NCBI GenBank assembly: GCA_009777935.1
Contig: WRKU01000001.1
Coordinates: 67,770 to 131,769 of the forward strand
Direction: 5' to 3'
DNA from: Coriobacteriia bacterium
GTDB taxonomy: Bacteria > Actinomycetota > Coriobacteriia > WRKU01
DNA: 64,000 nucleotides
In this document: one piece after another, positions 39,693 through 49,256 of the stretch
Position numbering within the stretch: position 1 is the stretch's first letter
Layout of the letters: every line of letters starts with the position of its first letter
Translations under genes and position numbers: made by a program
Notes under the pieces: generated by a model
What the model was told of the DNA's origin: nothing
The model's database searches: none
Seen by the model: the letters and a program-made list of their open reading frames with translations, nothing else

Positions 39693-41786
39693 ATGAGTTA
39701 TCTTGCAAGAAACAGACGTCAGTCTGCAAAACAAACCAAGATGAAGGTCCTGATAGTCGTCGGGGTCACGTTGGTGGTACTTCTTGTAGGTACCGGTGTT
39801 GCGGCTGCCGTAGGCGTAGGCGTTATCGGCAGCTGGCTTGAAGATTTGCCAGACTACAGTGCCGAGGGCGCCTTTGATGTCATGCAGCCGACCGAGATCT
39901 ATTCGGCAGACGGCGTGTTGCTCGCCAAACTCTTCCTTCAAAATCGTCAGGTCGTCGAGCTTGACAAGATGTCGCCGTGGGTCGCCAAGGCCACCATTGC
40001 CGTCGAAGATGAACGTTTTTACGAACATAGTGGCGTCGATATTCCCAGTGTTGTTCGTGCCGCCGTTACCGGCTATGGTGGCGGATCCTCGATTACGCAG
40101 CAATATGTTAAGCAAACGGTTCTTAATGACGAAGCGTTCGATATCACGATACGACGTAAGGTACGTGAGGCATTTATTGCGATGGAGGTCGAGCGCCGCT
40201 ACTCGAAGGACGAGATTCTCGAGATGTACCTCAACACTATCTATTACGGGGACGGCGCGTATGGTATCGAGGCAGCATCGCGTAACTACTTCGCCAAGCC
40301 ATCGTCTGAGCTCAATATCGCCGAAGCCGCAACGCTTGCCGGTATCCCTCAGCAGCCCACAAACTTTAATCCCTATGTGGACCCCGAGGCCGTCAAGCGG
40401 CGACGCAACCACGTCCTCGACCGCATGCTCGCCAACGACTATATCACCAAGGATGAGTATAACGCCGCAACGAGCGTCGAGCTGACCTATGAGTCAATGC
40501 CGATACCGGGAGGCGGTATCTATGCGGCTGGCTACTTCGTCGATGCGGTCAAGCGCATACTGGAGACCGAGTTCGACGCGTCCATTGTCTTCGGTGGCGG
40601 ACTCAAGGTCTACACGACGCTCGATTCACGCATGCAAGCACACGCCGAGGACGCGCTGCTCAACGCCCTTCCCAACGATGGTCTGGCCGGTGCGCTTGTC
40701 TCTATTGAGCCGGCGAACGGATACGTTCGTGCACTCGTCGGCGGACGTAACTATGAAGAGGAAAAGTTCAACCTTGCGATTCAAGCCTCTCGTCAACCTG
40801 GCTCATCGTTTAAGACATTTACGCTGCTCTCTGCGCTCAAAGACGGAATGTCGCCCAACATGCCTGTCGACGGACGCTCCCCCATCACCATCCCCTTGGA
40901 CGGTGAAAATGACTGGGAGGTCTCAAACGCTGAGGGTGGTAGCGGCGGCATGACGACGTTGCGCAGTGCAACGGCATTCTCATACAACACGGCGTTTGCG
41001 CTCATCATCAATGCAATTGGCGCACAAAAGGTCGTTGATATGGCGCATGCGGCCGGTATCATGACCGAGCTGCGGCCATACAACTCGCTTACACTCGGCG
41101 CTCAGGGGGTCACTGTGCTTGAAATGGCGTCAGCATATGCGACGCTTGCAAACTCCGGTGTCTACAATGCACCAACGTTCATCACCAAGATCGAGGATCG
41201 TACCGGCAACCCACTCTATGAGTATGTACCTGATCCTAAGCAGACGATTGAACCGGAGGTTGCCTACGCCTGTACCCAGATTCTGCAAAATGTCGTCTCA
41301 AGCGGTACCGGCACATCGGCTCGCCTCGGAGGACGTCCTGTTGCAGGCAAGACCGGTACCAGTGAGAACCATCGTGACGTGTGGTTTGTAGGCTATACGA
41401 TGGATTTGGCGACCGCAGTCTGGGTCGGTTATCCTCAAGAACGTGAGATTCGCTACTTTGGCTCGCTCGCATATGGCGGTACGGTCTGTGCGCCGATATT
41501 CCAGCGGTTTATGATGGGTGCTCTCGAAGGATTTGAATGGCGTGACTTCCCGTTCTTCCCCGCCCCTCCTTACGATGACTCCAAGTACGCAGGCAAGCTA
41601 CGGTCCGCAGCAGCGATTGAGGCCGAGCGTCGGGCCAAGGAGGAGGAAGAGGAAGAAGCGGAGCGCCTCCGTCTTGAAGAGGAGGAGGCCGCACGTCGTG
41701 CAGCCGAGGAGGCAAATCGTCCCCGACCGCAGCCACAACCGCAACCGCAGCCTGAGCCGGATCCAGAGCCTGAGCCGGATCCATAG
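39693..41786 (+). CDS. Class A penicillin-binding protein (glycosyltransferase + transpeptidase) with an acidic, Pro-rich tail
   Basis: N-terminal TM helix. GT51 motifs are EDERFYEHSGVD and GGSSITQQYVK. Transpeptidase motifs are SSFK, SN and KTGT. C-terminal tail is EEEEEEAERLRLEEEEAARRAAEEANRPRPQPQPQPQPEPDPEPEPDP. Confidence 0.93.
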   Translation: MSYLARNRRQSAKQTKMKVLIVVGVTLVVLLVGTGVAAAVGVGVIGSWLEDLPDYSAEGAFDVMQPTEIYSADGVLLAKLFLQNRQVVELDKMSPWVAKATIAVEDERFYEHSGVDIPSVVRAAVTGYGGGSSITQQYVKQTVLNDEAFDITIRRKVREAFIAMEVERRYSKDEILEMYLNTIYYGDGAYGIEAASRNYFAKPSSELNIAEAATLAGIPQQPTNFNPYVDPEAVKRRRNHVLDRMLANDYITKDEYNAATSVELTYESMPIPGGGIYAAGYFVDAVKRILETEFDASIVFGGGLKVYTTLDSRMQAHAEDALLNALPNDGLAGALVSIEPANGYVRALVGGRNYEEEKFNLAIQASRQPGSSFKTFTLLSALKDGMSPNMPVDGRSPITIPLDGENDWEVSNAEGGSGGMTTLRSATAFSYNTAFALIINAIGAQKVVDMAHAAGIMTELRPYNSLTLGAQGVTVLEMASAYATLANSGVYNAPTFITKIEDRTGNPLYEYVPDPKQTIEPEVAYACTQILQNVVSSGTGTSARLGGRPVAGKTGTSENHRDVWFVGYTMDLATAVWVGYPQEREIRYFGSLAYGGTVCAPIFQRFMMGALEGFEWRDFPFFPAPPYDDSKYAGKLRSAAAIEAERRAKEEEEEEAERLRLEEEEAARRAAEEANRPRPQPQPQPQPEPDPEPEPDP

Positions 41787-41825
41787 CGAAGATACTTACA
41801 CACGCACGAATACGCGTGCGCGGCT

Positions 41826-43136
41826 TCATGCGTGTTTTGCAACTATATTTTCGATAGCGACTATCTCAACGATATCTGCATCAAACAGGTCGCATATAGC
41901 CTGATACTCCGCCGCCGACAGCTCCTGAAGCGTGCGCCCCTGTTCCTCGCATGTCCGCACAAGACGTCCCACGATCTCATGAGCATCACGAAACGGCATC
42001 CCCTTTGCCACCAGATAGTCGGCAACGGCGGTCGCACCCATAAAGCCACCTTCGGCCGCCACACGCATGGTCTCCACGTTGAATGTCAGCGCACCAGATA
42101 TCTCGGTGAGTACACTCAACGATGCGAGCGTCGTATCGACGGCATCAAAGAGCGGCTCTTTGTCCTCTTGCATATCCTTATTGTAGGCCAGCGGCAAACC
42201 CTTCATCGTAGTGAGAAGCGCCATCAGGTCGCCGTAGACGCGCCCGGTCTTTCCACGGATGAGTTCGGCGAAGTCGGGATTTTTCTTCTGCGGCATAATC
42301 GAGGATCCCGTTGCATGGATATCGGCAAATGTCACGAACCCGAACTCCTCGGTCGACCACAAGATAAGTTCTTCGCACAGACGCGAAAGATGCATCTGGC
42401 AGACGGCACATGCATAGATAAGGTCGAGCACAAAATCGCGGTCGCTCACGCCATCCATCGTGTTGTGTGACGTGTGCGCAAAGTCGAGCGCGGCGGTCGT
42501 CGCAGCACGATCTATAGGATGCGGCGTACCGGCGAGCGCGGCACTACCCAACACGTTGATGTCGGCCGCCGCGCGCGCATGCTCAAAGCGCGTGATATCG
42601 CGCGTAAGCATCTCGACGTAGGCACCCAGATGTGTGGCGAGCAGCACCGGCTGAGCCTTTTGCAGATGCGTATAGCCCGGCAGTGTCGCACTGCCGTGTG
42701 CCTGAGTCTGCGCTTCAAACGCCTCGATAAGCGCGCGCGCCGCCCGTATGAGCACATCGGCGTGGCGGCGTGCCCACAGGCGTGTATCGGTCGCCACCTG
42801 GTCATTGCGTGAACGTGCGGTATGAAGTTTTTTGCCGGCATCGCCGATGCGGCGGGTCAGCTCAGCCTCAATCGCCATGTGAACGTCTTCGTCAGCGATG
42901 TTCCACGTAAAGGCATCGGCCTCAATGTCGGCAGCGATCTGCTTGAGCCCCTCAACGATGGCTGCACCGTCGTCGGCTCCGATAATGCCGCAGGAAGCGA
43001 GCATTTCGGCGTGAGCGATTGAACCGGCGATGTCATCGGACCACAGCCGTTTGTCGACCGGTAGCGACGCACCGAACTCCTGAAATGATGCAGCGGGCAC
43101 GTCAGAGAAGCGCCCACTCCATGCCGTTTTAGCCAT
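41826..43136 (-). CDS. argH: Argininosuccinate lyase
   Basis: WSGRFS...HTARSRNDQ...GSSIMPQKKNPD signature. Confidence 0.95.
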   Translation of the reverse strand: MAKTAWSGRFSDVPAASFQEFGASLPVDKRLWSDDIAGSIAHAEMLASCGIIGADDGAAIVEGLKQIAADIEADAFTWNIADEDVHMAIEAELTRRIGDAGKKLHTARSRNDQVATDTRLWARRHADVLIRAARALIEAFEAQTQAHGSATLPGYTHLQKAQPVLLATHLGAYVEMLTRDITRFEHARAAADINVLGSAALAGTPHPIDRAATTAALDFAHTSHNTMDGVSDRDFVLDLIYACAVCQMHLSRLCEELILWSTEEFGFVTFADIHATGSSIMPQKKNPDFAELIRGKTGRVYGDLMALLTTMKGLPLAYNKDMQEDKEPLFDAVDTTLASLSVLTEISGALTFNVETMRVAAEGGFMGATAVADYLVAKGMPFRDAHEIVGRLVRTCEEQGRTLQELSAAEYQAICDLFDADIVEIVAIENIVAKHA

Positions 43137-44383
43137 TATATCTCACCCTCTTTTCCTACTTTACGCCGTTGAGCCGCCCAGACCTGACTCGGCAATCCGT
43201 GAAGTTTGATGAATCCGTCGGCGGCGTCATGATCAAACGAGTCATCCTCGTCATAGGTGGCCAGCCCGTAGTCGTAGAGCGAATACGTACTGCGCCGTCC
43301 GACCGGCACACATGAACCCTTAAAAAAGCGCAGCCGTACCTCACCGGTGACGAGCTTTTGTGTCGTCTCGATAAAGCCGGCGAGCGCTTCGCGCAACGGG
43401 CTGTACCAGAGGCCGTTGTAGACTAAATCGGCCCATCTTTGCTCGACACCAAGCTTATAGTGGAGCACCTCGCGCTCCAAGCACAGATCCTCGAGTGCTT
43501 TGTGTGCGGTAATGAGTGCGAGCGCACCGGGCACCTCGTATATCTCGCGTGATTTCACCCCGATGAGCCGGTTTTCAATCATGTCGATACGACCAAAACC
43601 GTGCTTGCCCGCCAGCTCATTCATCGCAATGATGATATCGTGAAAGCTCATCTCCTCGCCATCGAGCGCGTTCGGCACACCCTCATGAAAGCCGATTATC
43701 ACATACTGTGCTTCGTCGCTCGTCTGGGTCCGTGCGTCGCTCGTCAACGTGTAGATATCGCTCGGTGGCTCGACCCACGGATCCTCAAGCACACCACACT
43801 CGATTGCGCGCCCCCACAGATTATCATCGATTGAGTACGGTGATGCCTTCGTCGTAGGCACGGGAATACCGCGCTCGATGGCCCACTCCATCTCCTGCTC
43901 ACGCGTACGCAGATCCCACTCGCGCACCGGTGCGAGAATGGTGAGTGTCGGGTCAAGTGCACGAATACCAACTTCAAAACGCACCTGATCGTTTCCTTTT
44001 CCTGTACAGCCATGCGCCACATGCGTCGCGCCGTATTGGTGCGCCAGCTCAACGAGCTTCTTCACGATAATCGGGCGTGAGAGCGCGCTAACCAGCGGAT
44101 ATTTGTTTTCATACATTGAGTTTGCCTTGATAGCCTCACTGAGTATATCGCCGACAAACTCCTCGCGCACGTCGAGTGCACGTGACTCGATTGCTCCGAT
44201 GCCGAGCGCTTTTTCACGCACAAACTCAAGATCTTGGCGCTCTTGGCCGACATCGACGCAAACCGCGACGACATCGAGATCATAGTTTTCGTCTATCCAT
44301 TTGATAGCGACCGAGGTATCGAGCCCACCCGAGTATGCCAAAATGCACTTCTCCCGTGCTTGTTGTGGTGCCTGCTGTGCCAT
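43136..44383 (-). CDS. argG: Argininosuccinate synthase
   Basis: AYSGGLDTSV...GCTGKGNDQVRFE motifs. Confidence 0.95.
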   Translation of the reverse strand: MAQQAPQQAREKCILAYSGGLDTSVAIKWIDENYDLDVVAVCVDVGQERQDLEFVREKALGIGAIESRALDVREEFVGDILSEAIKANSMYENKYPLVSALSRPIIVKKLVELAHQYGATHVAHGCTGKGNDQVRFEVGIRALDPTLTILAPVREWDLRTREQEMEWAIERGIPVPTTKASPYSIDDNLWGRAIECGVLEDPWVEPPSDIYTLTSDARTQTSDEAQYVIIGFHEGVPNALDGEEMSFHDIIIAMNELAGKHGFGRIDMIENRLIGVKSREIYEVPGALALITAHKALEDLCLEREVLHYKLGVEQRWADLVYNGLWYSPLREALAGFIETTQKLVTGEVRLRFFKGSCVPVGRRSTYSLYDYGLATYDEDDSFDHDAADGFIKLHGLPSQVWAAQRRKVGKEGEI

Positions 44384-44385
44384 GT

Positions 44386-44814
44386 CTATCCCTTCCGGTA
44401 CGTCGAAAGCGTGTCATACAGAGCGCGCGCCACATTCGCGCTGCCGCACACGACGAGTATCGTATCGTCGCCCGACACGCTTCCGAGCACGCCGTCTATC
44501 TTTGCGTCATCGAGCGCAGCGGCTACGCCGGGGGCCGTGCCGGACTGTGCCTTTACGAGCACAAAATTATCGATCGAGTTGAGCTCAACGACAAGGTCGC
44601 CCACCATGCTCTCAAGACGCAAATCTTCACCGAGCACATAACCACGCCGTGTGATCTTCTCGAGACCTATGTCCTTGATATCACGCGAGACCGTTGCCTG
44701 CGTACATTCAAATCCTCGTTCCGTCAACGCCGCGACAAGTTCGTCTTGCGTCTTAATCATCGAAGTACGCACGAGCTCGCGGATAACATCGTGTCTTATC
44801 TGACGTTCTTTCAT
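44386..44814 (-). CDS. argR: Arginine repressor
   Basis: Winged-helix N-terminus (TQDELVAALTERGFECTQATVSRDIKDIGL) and C-terminal GTVSGDDTILVV. Sits inside the arg operon. Confidence 0.92.
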   Translation of the reverse strand: MKERQIRHDVIRELVRTSMIKTQDELVAALTERGFECTQATVSRDIKDIGLEKITRRGYVLGEDLRLESMVGDLVVELNSIDNFVLVKAQSGTAPGVAAALDDAKIDGVLGSVSGDDTILVVCGSANVARALYDTLSTYRKG

Positions 44815-45800
44815 TGGCTCTTCCCCTCTTTGTCGAGCAACAAGGTGAGCAAGGCTGCCTGCGCGTGAAGACGGTTGGCCGCCTGCTCGACAACGAGCGA
44901 GTATGGCGCGTCAATGACGTCATCGGTCACCTCTTCGCCGCGGTGTGCCGGTAAGCAGTGCAGGAAGATTGCCTCAGGAGCAGCGTGTGCCATGAGCGCA
45001 GCGTTAACCTGATAGGATTCAAGAAGGGTCAGACGTGTGCGCCGCTCAGTCTCCTGACCCATCGATGCCCACGTATCGGTCGCAACGACTTGTGCATCTT
45101 TAACGGCTTCGTGAGGATTGTCGGTGACCGTAAGGGTGGCACCGGTCGTCTGCGCAAGCTTATCAGCCTGTGCACGTATTGCAGAATCGGGCATCAGCGA
45201 GGCCGGTGTGGCGATACGCAGGTGCATACCGGCGAGTGCTGCAGCGGCCAAATAGGTGTGCGCCATGTTGTTGGACCCGTCACCCACGTAGGCGAACGTG
45301 AAGCCTTCGAGCGTTACAAAAGGCGTGGCAGATGACATACCGTTGTGAGCGGCAAAGTGCTCCTGTATGGTGAGCAAATCGGCGAGCCCCTGGCACGGGT
45401 GATGGCCGTCGGTAAGCGCGTTGATGACGGGAATGTCCGCATGTCGCGCAAAGGTTGCGAGCATCTCGTCAGAAGATGTACGCACCACAACGGCGTCGAG
45501 ATACCGCGAGAGCACAGCTGCGGTGTCCTTCTCGCTCTCGCCACGCGAAAACGCGTTGTCATCTCCCGACAGCACGAGCGGACGGGCACCCAGCTCAAGG
45601 CAGGCGACCTCGAAGCTCACGCGCGTACGCAACGAAGGCTTCTGCATAATGATGGCAACGTTAAGACCATCAAGGTGAGGTTTGACTTGATGTGCCTCAA
45701 ATGCTGCTTTGAAACGTGCGGCATGCGTCAATATCGTGTCGAGTTCGACGGACGTAAGGTCGAACAGGGTGAGTATGTCTTTGTGGTACAGCGAGTTCAT
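44811..45800 (-). CDS. argF: Ornithine carbamoyltransferase
   Basis: SLRTRVSFE (STRTR-type carbamoyl-phosphate site), HPCQ, DTWASMG and HCLPA motifs. Confidence 0.95.
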   Translation of the reverse strand: MNSLYHKDILTLFDLTSVELDTILTHAARFKAAFEAHQVKPHLDGLNVAIIMQKPSLRTRVSFEVACLELGARPLVLSGDDNAFSRGESEKDTAAVLSRYLDAVVVRTSSDEMLATFARHADIPVINALTDGHHPCQGLADLLTIQEHFAAHNGMSSATPFVTLEGFTFAYVGDGSNNMAHTYLAAAALAGMHLRIATPASLMPDSAIRAQADKLAQTTGATLTVTDNPHEAVKDAQVVATDTWASMGQETERRTRLTLLESYQVNAALMAHAAPEAIFLHCLPAHRGEEVTDDVIDAPYSLVVEQAANRLHAQAALLTLLLDKEGKSQ

Positions 45801-47134
45801 GTTTTCTCTTTCTGACGCTCTATTATCGCATAAATTTGCTCTATAAGCCGATCGATATGCATATTCTTACAGATAAGCGGAGGTAGCAGACGAAGGTGAT
45901 CGTCCCCTATCGCATTGACGATGAATCCGGCCTCACACAGAGCGTCGCGTAGCTGAGGTGCGGTAAGTGGCATCTCCGCGGTAAGCGTAGCACCAACCAT
46001 GAGCCCCACACCACGCACATCAGTCAAGTACGGGATGTCGGTAAGCCGTGTGCGTAGGTAGGCACCGGTCACCGCGACATGCTCCTCAAGAGTGCGTCTG
46101 TCGATGCTGAGCCGCGCAAGTTCGTTGAGCGTTGTGAGCGCGGCTGCACAGGCAACCGGCCCTCCCCCGAACGTCGTGCCGTGGTCACCGGGTACAAACG
46201 CTGCCGCAACGTCAGTGCGTGCGATAACCGCGCCGATAGGAAAACCGTTACCCAGCCCCTTCGCGCTCGTGATGATATCGGGCTCAATGCCGTAGTGCTG
46301 AAACGCAAACGGAAGACCGGTACGATAGATGCCGGTCTGTATCTCGTCGACGATAAGCAGGATGTTATGCTCTTTGCACAGCGTCGCCGCCTTATCGAGA
46401 TACTCCTGCGTTGCCGGCCATACGCCACTTTCGCCTTGGATGACCTCGATCATGAACGCAACGGTGTTTTGGGTAAGATGCGTCTCGAGCTCGGTGGCAT
46501 CATTGAAGGTGGTGTAGGCGAAGCCCGGTAGCGTCGGCGCAAAGGGCACGGCGCGCTCAGGCTGACCGGTCGCCGAAAGGGCACCGTAGGTACGCCCGTG
46601 AAAACTGCCGTGCGCCGTAACGATAGTCTGGGCGTGCGGCTTATGCAGGTGGCCCCATTTGCGCGCGAGTTTGAGTGCGCCTTCGACGGCTTCGGTGCCG
46701 CTGTTTGTAAAGAATGTTTGTGCATCACCGATAGATTCAGGCGAAGTATATTTCGTCTGTAAGGAGGAGTCGTGAAGCGACTCGTATGGCATACTCGAGC
46801 TTTGCGACGACAAACTTAGAGGCGAAATAGACAAGCCCGCGAGCTTTGTAGCGAGCTCAGCGCGATGTTCGACGTAAAAGAGGTTGCTCACATGAACGAG
46901 CTTGTGCATCTGTGCGCACACCGCCTCTGCGACGGCCTCATTCGCATGTCCAAGGTTAACGGTGCCGATACCGGCCAAAAAGTCAAGGTAGCTCTTGCCT
47001 GTGCTGTCGAAAAGCTCCATACCGGAGCCCCGCACGAACTCAACCGGCGTCCGCGCATAGGTCTGCATGACGTTGTGCTCGGCCTGCAGCAGCGCGGCGG
47101 CCTGTTCGTGTGTGGTGGCTGCAGAGCTATTCAT
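45797..47134 (-). CDS. argD: Acetylornithine aminotransferase with a roughly 36-aa Ser-rich insertion
   Basis: Class III aminotransferase motifs (NSGTEAVEGALKLARK, LIVDEIQTGIYRTG, TSAKGLGNGFPIGA). Extra segment ISPLSLSSQSSSMPYESLHDSSLQTKYTSPESIGDA. Confidence 0.92.
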   Translation of the reverse strand: MNSSAATTHEQAAALLQAEHNVMQTYARTPVEFVRGSGMELFDSTGKSYLDFLAGIGTVNLGHANEAVAEAVCAQMHKLVHVSNLFYVEHRAELATKLAGLSISPLSLSSQSSSMPYESLHDSSLQTKYTSPESIGDAQTFFTNSGTEAVEGALKLARKWGHLHKPHAQTIVTAHGSFHGRTYGALSATGQPERAVPFAPTLPGFAYTTFNDATELETHLTQNTVAFMIEVIQGESGVWPATQEYLDKAATLCKEHNILLIVDEIQTGIYRTGLPFAFQHYGIEPDIITSAKGLGNGFPIGAVIARTDVAAAFVPGDHGTTFGGGPVACAAALTTLNELARLSIDRRTLEEHVAVTGAYLRTRLTDIPYLTDVRGVGLMVGATLTAEMPLTAPQLRDALCEAGFIVNAIGDDHLRLLPPLICKNMHIDRLIEQIYAIIERQKEKT

Positions 47135-47981
47135 CGGTAATCATCGTCCCCACACCTGAATCGGTATAAACTTCGAGCAGCAGCGCGTGCTCAATCGTAC
47201 CATTGAGAATATGCGCACGCCGCACACCGCCACGCACTGCCGCGATACAGGCGTTAATCTTTGGCCCCATACCACCGGCATCGGGCGTGTCCGCAATAAA
47301 CGCCGCCGCCTCGGCGGTCGTGAGCTGGCTCATGAGCGAGGTTGAATCGTCAAAATCAGCGTAGAGGCCATCAACATCGGTCAGATAGATGCACTTGTCG
47401 GCACCAAGCGCGGCAGCAAGCTCACCGGCGACGGTGTCAGCGTTGATGTTGAGCGGCCGGTTGTCGCAGCCGGCACTGACCGTTGCGATGACCGGGATGA
47501 ACCCATCGGCGATAAGCGTGTCGACGAGCGTTGTATCGATAGTAGAAACCGTCCCCGTGCGGCCATGCTCGGACGAAAGTGGCGTTCCCTGTACAAGCCC
47601 ACCGTCCTCACCACTAATACCAACGGCGTAGTTACCATGGTAGTTAATCGCGCTCACAAGTTCCTTGTTGACCTTGCCGCCCAGTACCATGCGCACGACA
47701 TCGAGCCCTTCGTCGGTCGTCACGCGCTGACCGTCCTTGAACGACACATCGATATCGAGCGTCTCCATGAGCTCGTTAATCTCGGGCCCTCCCCCATGCA
47801 CGATAACCGGATTGATGCCCATCAACTTCATGAGCACGATGTCGTCGGCAACTTTTTTGCGCAATGATGAGTCGGTCATCGCCGCACCACCGTACTTAAC
47901 GACCGCCGTGGTGCCAAACGCGGCTTTAATCCACGGCAACGCCTCCATGAGCGTTGCGGCCTTTTCGGTATAGGTGTTCAT
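47127..47981 (-). CDS. argB: Acetylglutamate kinase
   Basis: VVKYGGAAM...VIVHGGGPEI...NINAD motifs. Confidence 0.95.
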   Translation of the reverse strand: MNTYTEKAATLMEALPWIKAAFGTTAVVKYGGAAMTDSSLRKKVADDIVLMKLMGINPVIVHGGGPEINELMETLDIDVSFKDGQRVTTDEGLDVVRMVLGGKVNKELVSAINYHGNYAVGISGEDGGLVQGTPLSSEHGRTGTVSTIDTTLVDTLIADGFIPVIATVSAGCDNRPLNINADTVAGELAAALGADKCIYLTDVDGLYADFDDSTSLMSQLTTAEAAAFIADTPDAGGMGPKINACIAAVRGGVRRAHILNGTIEHALLLEVYTDSGVGTMITDE

Positions 47982-47999
47982 CGTGAGAGCGTTCCTCCT

Positions 48000-49256
48000 C
48001 TAGTTCCGATATTCGCCGTTTATCTTGATGTAGTCATAGCTCAAATCGCACGTCCATATCTGCGCACTACCTTCACCTGCGCCAATATCAACGGTAAGCT
48101 CAATCTCAGGCCGTGCGAGCGCAGCAGCTGCGGCTTTTTCGTCGAACACAACCGCGCTACCGTGCGAGCAGACCTCAATTCCTGCAAAGCTGATACTGAG
48201 CTTGCACGGGTCAAACGCCACACCGGCACGCCCGGCCGCTGCGGCCACCCGCCCCCAGTTCGCGTCATTGCCGAAGAGCGCGGTCTTGACGAGCGGTGAG
48301 TCGGCGATGGTGCGTGCAACGGTGCGTGCATCGGTGTCGCTCGGTGCACCGGTGACGGTCACGGTCACAAACTTCGTTGCGCCTTCCCCATCCCGGACGA
48401 TTGCGTGGGCAAGCGTGGTGCACACAGCGGTAATGGCCTTCTTGAGGGCAGCATAGGCGGCTGCATCGGTGACAGAATCAATCGGCGCATGACCGAGATT
48501 AACGCCTGAACTCATCAGCACAGCCGTGTCGTTCGTGGAGGTATCACCGTCAACGGTCACGCAGTTAAACGATTGAGCGACGGCCTCATGCCATATCTCA
48601 GCGCACGCCTCTTGCGTGAGCGGTGCGTCGGTCAAAACACAACCAATCATGGTGGCCATATTCGGCGCAATCATGCCGCTGCCCTTCGCAATTCCGGTCA
48701 CCGTATAGGTAGTCTTCTCTGCGCCGTCGGTACCATCGGTACCTCCCACTTCAACGACAGCCGAGGCCGTCTTGGGAACAGTGTCGGTCGTCATAATGGC
48801 GCGCGCAACGGCTTCAAGAGCGGCCTCACCCGAATCGAGCTGCTCGAGAAGTTGAGGAATCTTGTCGGTAATCTGTGCAGCATCGAACGGCACGCCAATG
48901 ACACCCGTTGAGGCAACGAGTACCTCCTCGGGCGTAACGTCGAGCGCATCGGCAAGAGCAGCACAGGTCTTCCGTGCGACGGTCATTCCGTGGCTGCCGG
49001 TACACGCATTCGCGTTGCCAGCGTTGATGATACACGCCACGGCCTCGCCCCTGGCAGCGTGTTCGCGTGATACGACGACCGGAGCTGCCACCACGTTTGA
49101 CTGAGTAAACGTTGCCGCAACGCACGCCCCCGCCGGGGCATAGATGAGGGCAAGGTCGTCCTTGCTTGATTTCTTAAAGCCGGCTGCAGTCACCGCAGCA
49201 GAAAAGCCGGGGACAGCGCGTGCGAAAGCATCGAGAATAGGTGCTTCGCCGCTCAT
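48000..49256 (-). CDS. argJ: Bifunctional ornithine acetyltransferase / N-acetylglutamate synthase
   Basis: The autoprocessing region (GMIAPNMATMIGCVLTDA, Thr nucleophile region) and the ending DLSYDYIKINGEYRN are typical of ArgJ. Confidence 0.94.
   Translation of the reverse strand: MSGEAPILDAFARAVPGFSAAVTAAGFKKSSKDDLALIYAPAGACVAATFTQSNVVAAPVVVSREHAARGEAVACIINAGNANACTGSHGMTVARKTCAALADALDVTPEEVLVASTGVIGVPFDAAQITDKIPQLLEQLDSGEAALEAVARAIMTTDTVPKTASAVVEVGGTDGTDGAEKTTYTVTGIAKGSGMIAPNMATMIGCVLTDAPLTQEACAEIWHEAVAQSFNCVTVDGDTSTNDTAVLMSSGVNLGHAPIDSVTDAAAYAALKKAITAVCTTLAHAIVRDGEGATKFVTVTVTGAPSDTDARTVARTIADSPLVKTALFGNDANWGRVAAAAGRAGVAFDPCKLSISFAGIEVCSHGSAVVFDEKAAAAALARPEIELTVDIGAGEGSAQIWTCDLSYDYIKINGEYRN

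Noticed and set aside
39609-40412. 267-aa minus-strand ORF overlapping the PBP1A 5' half
   Set aside because: Antisense shadow of a gene with clear GT51 motifs. It would also collide with the U32 gene start.
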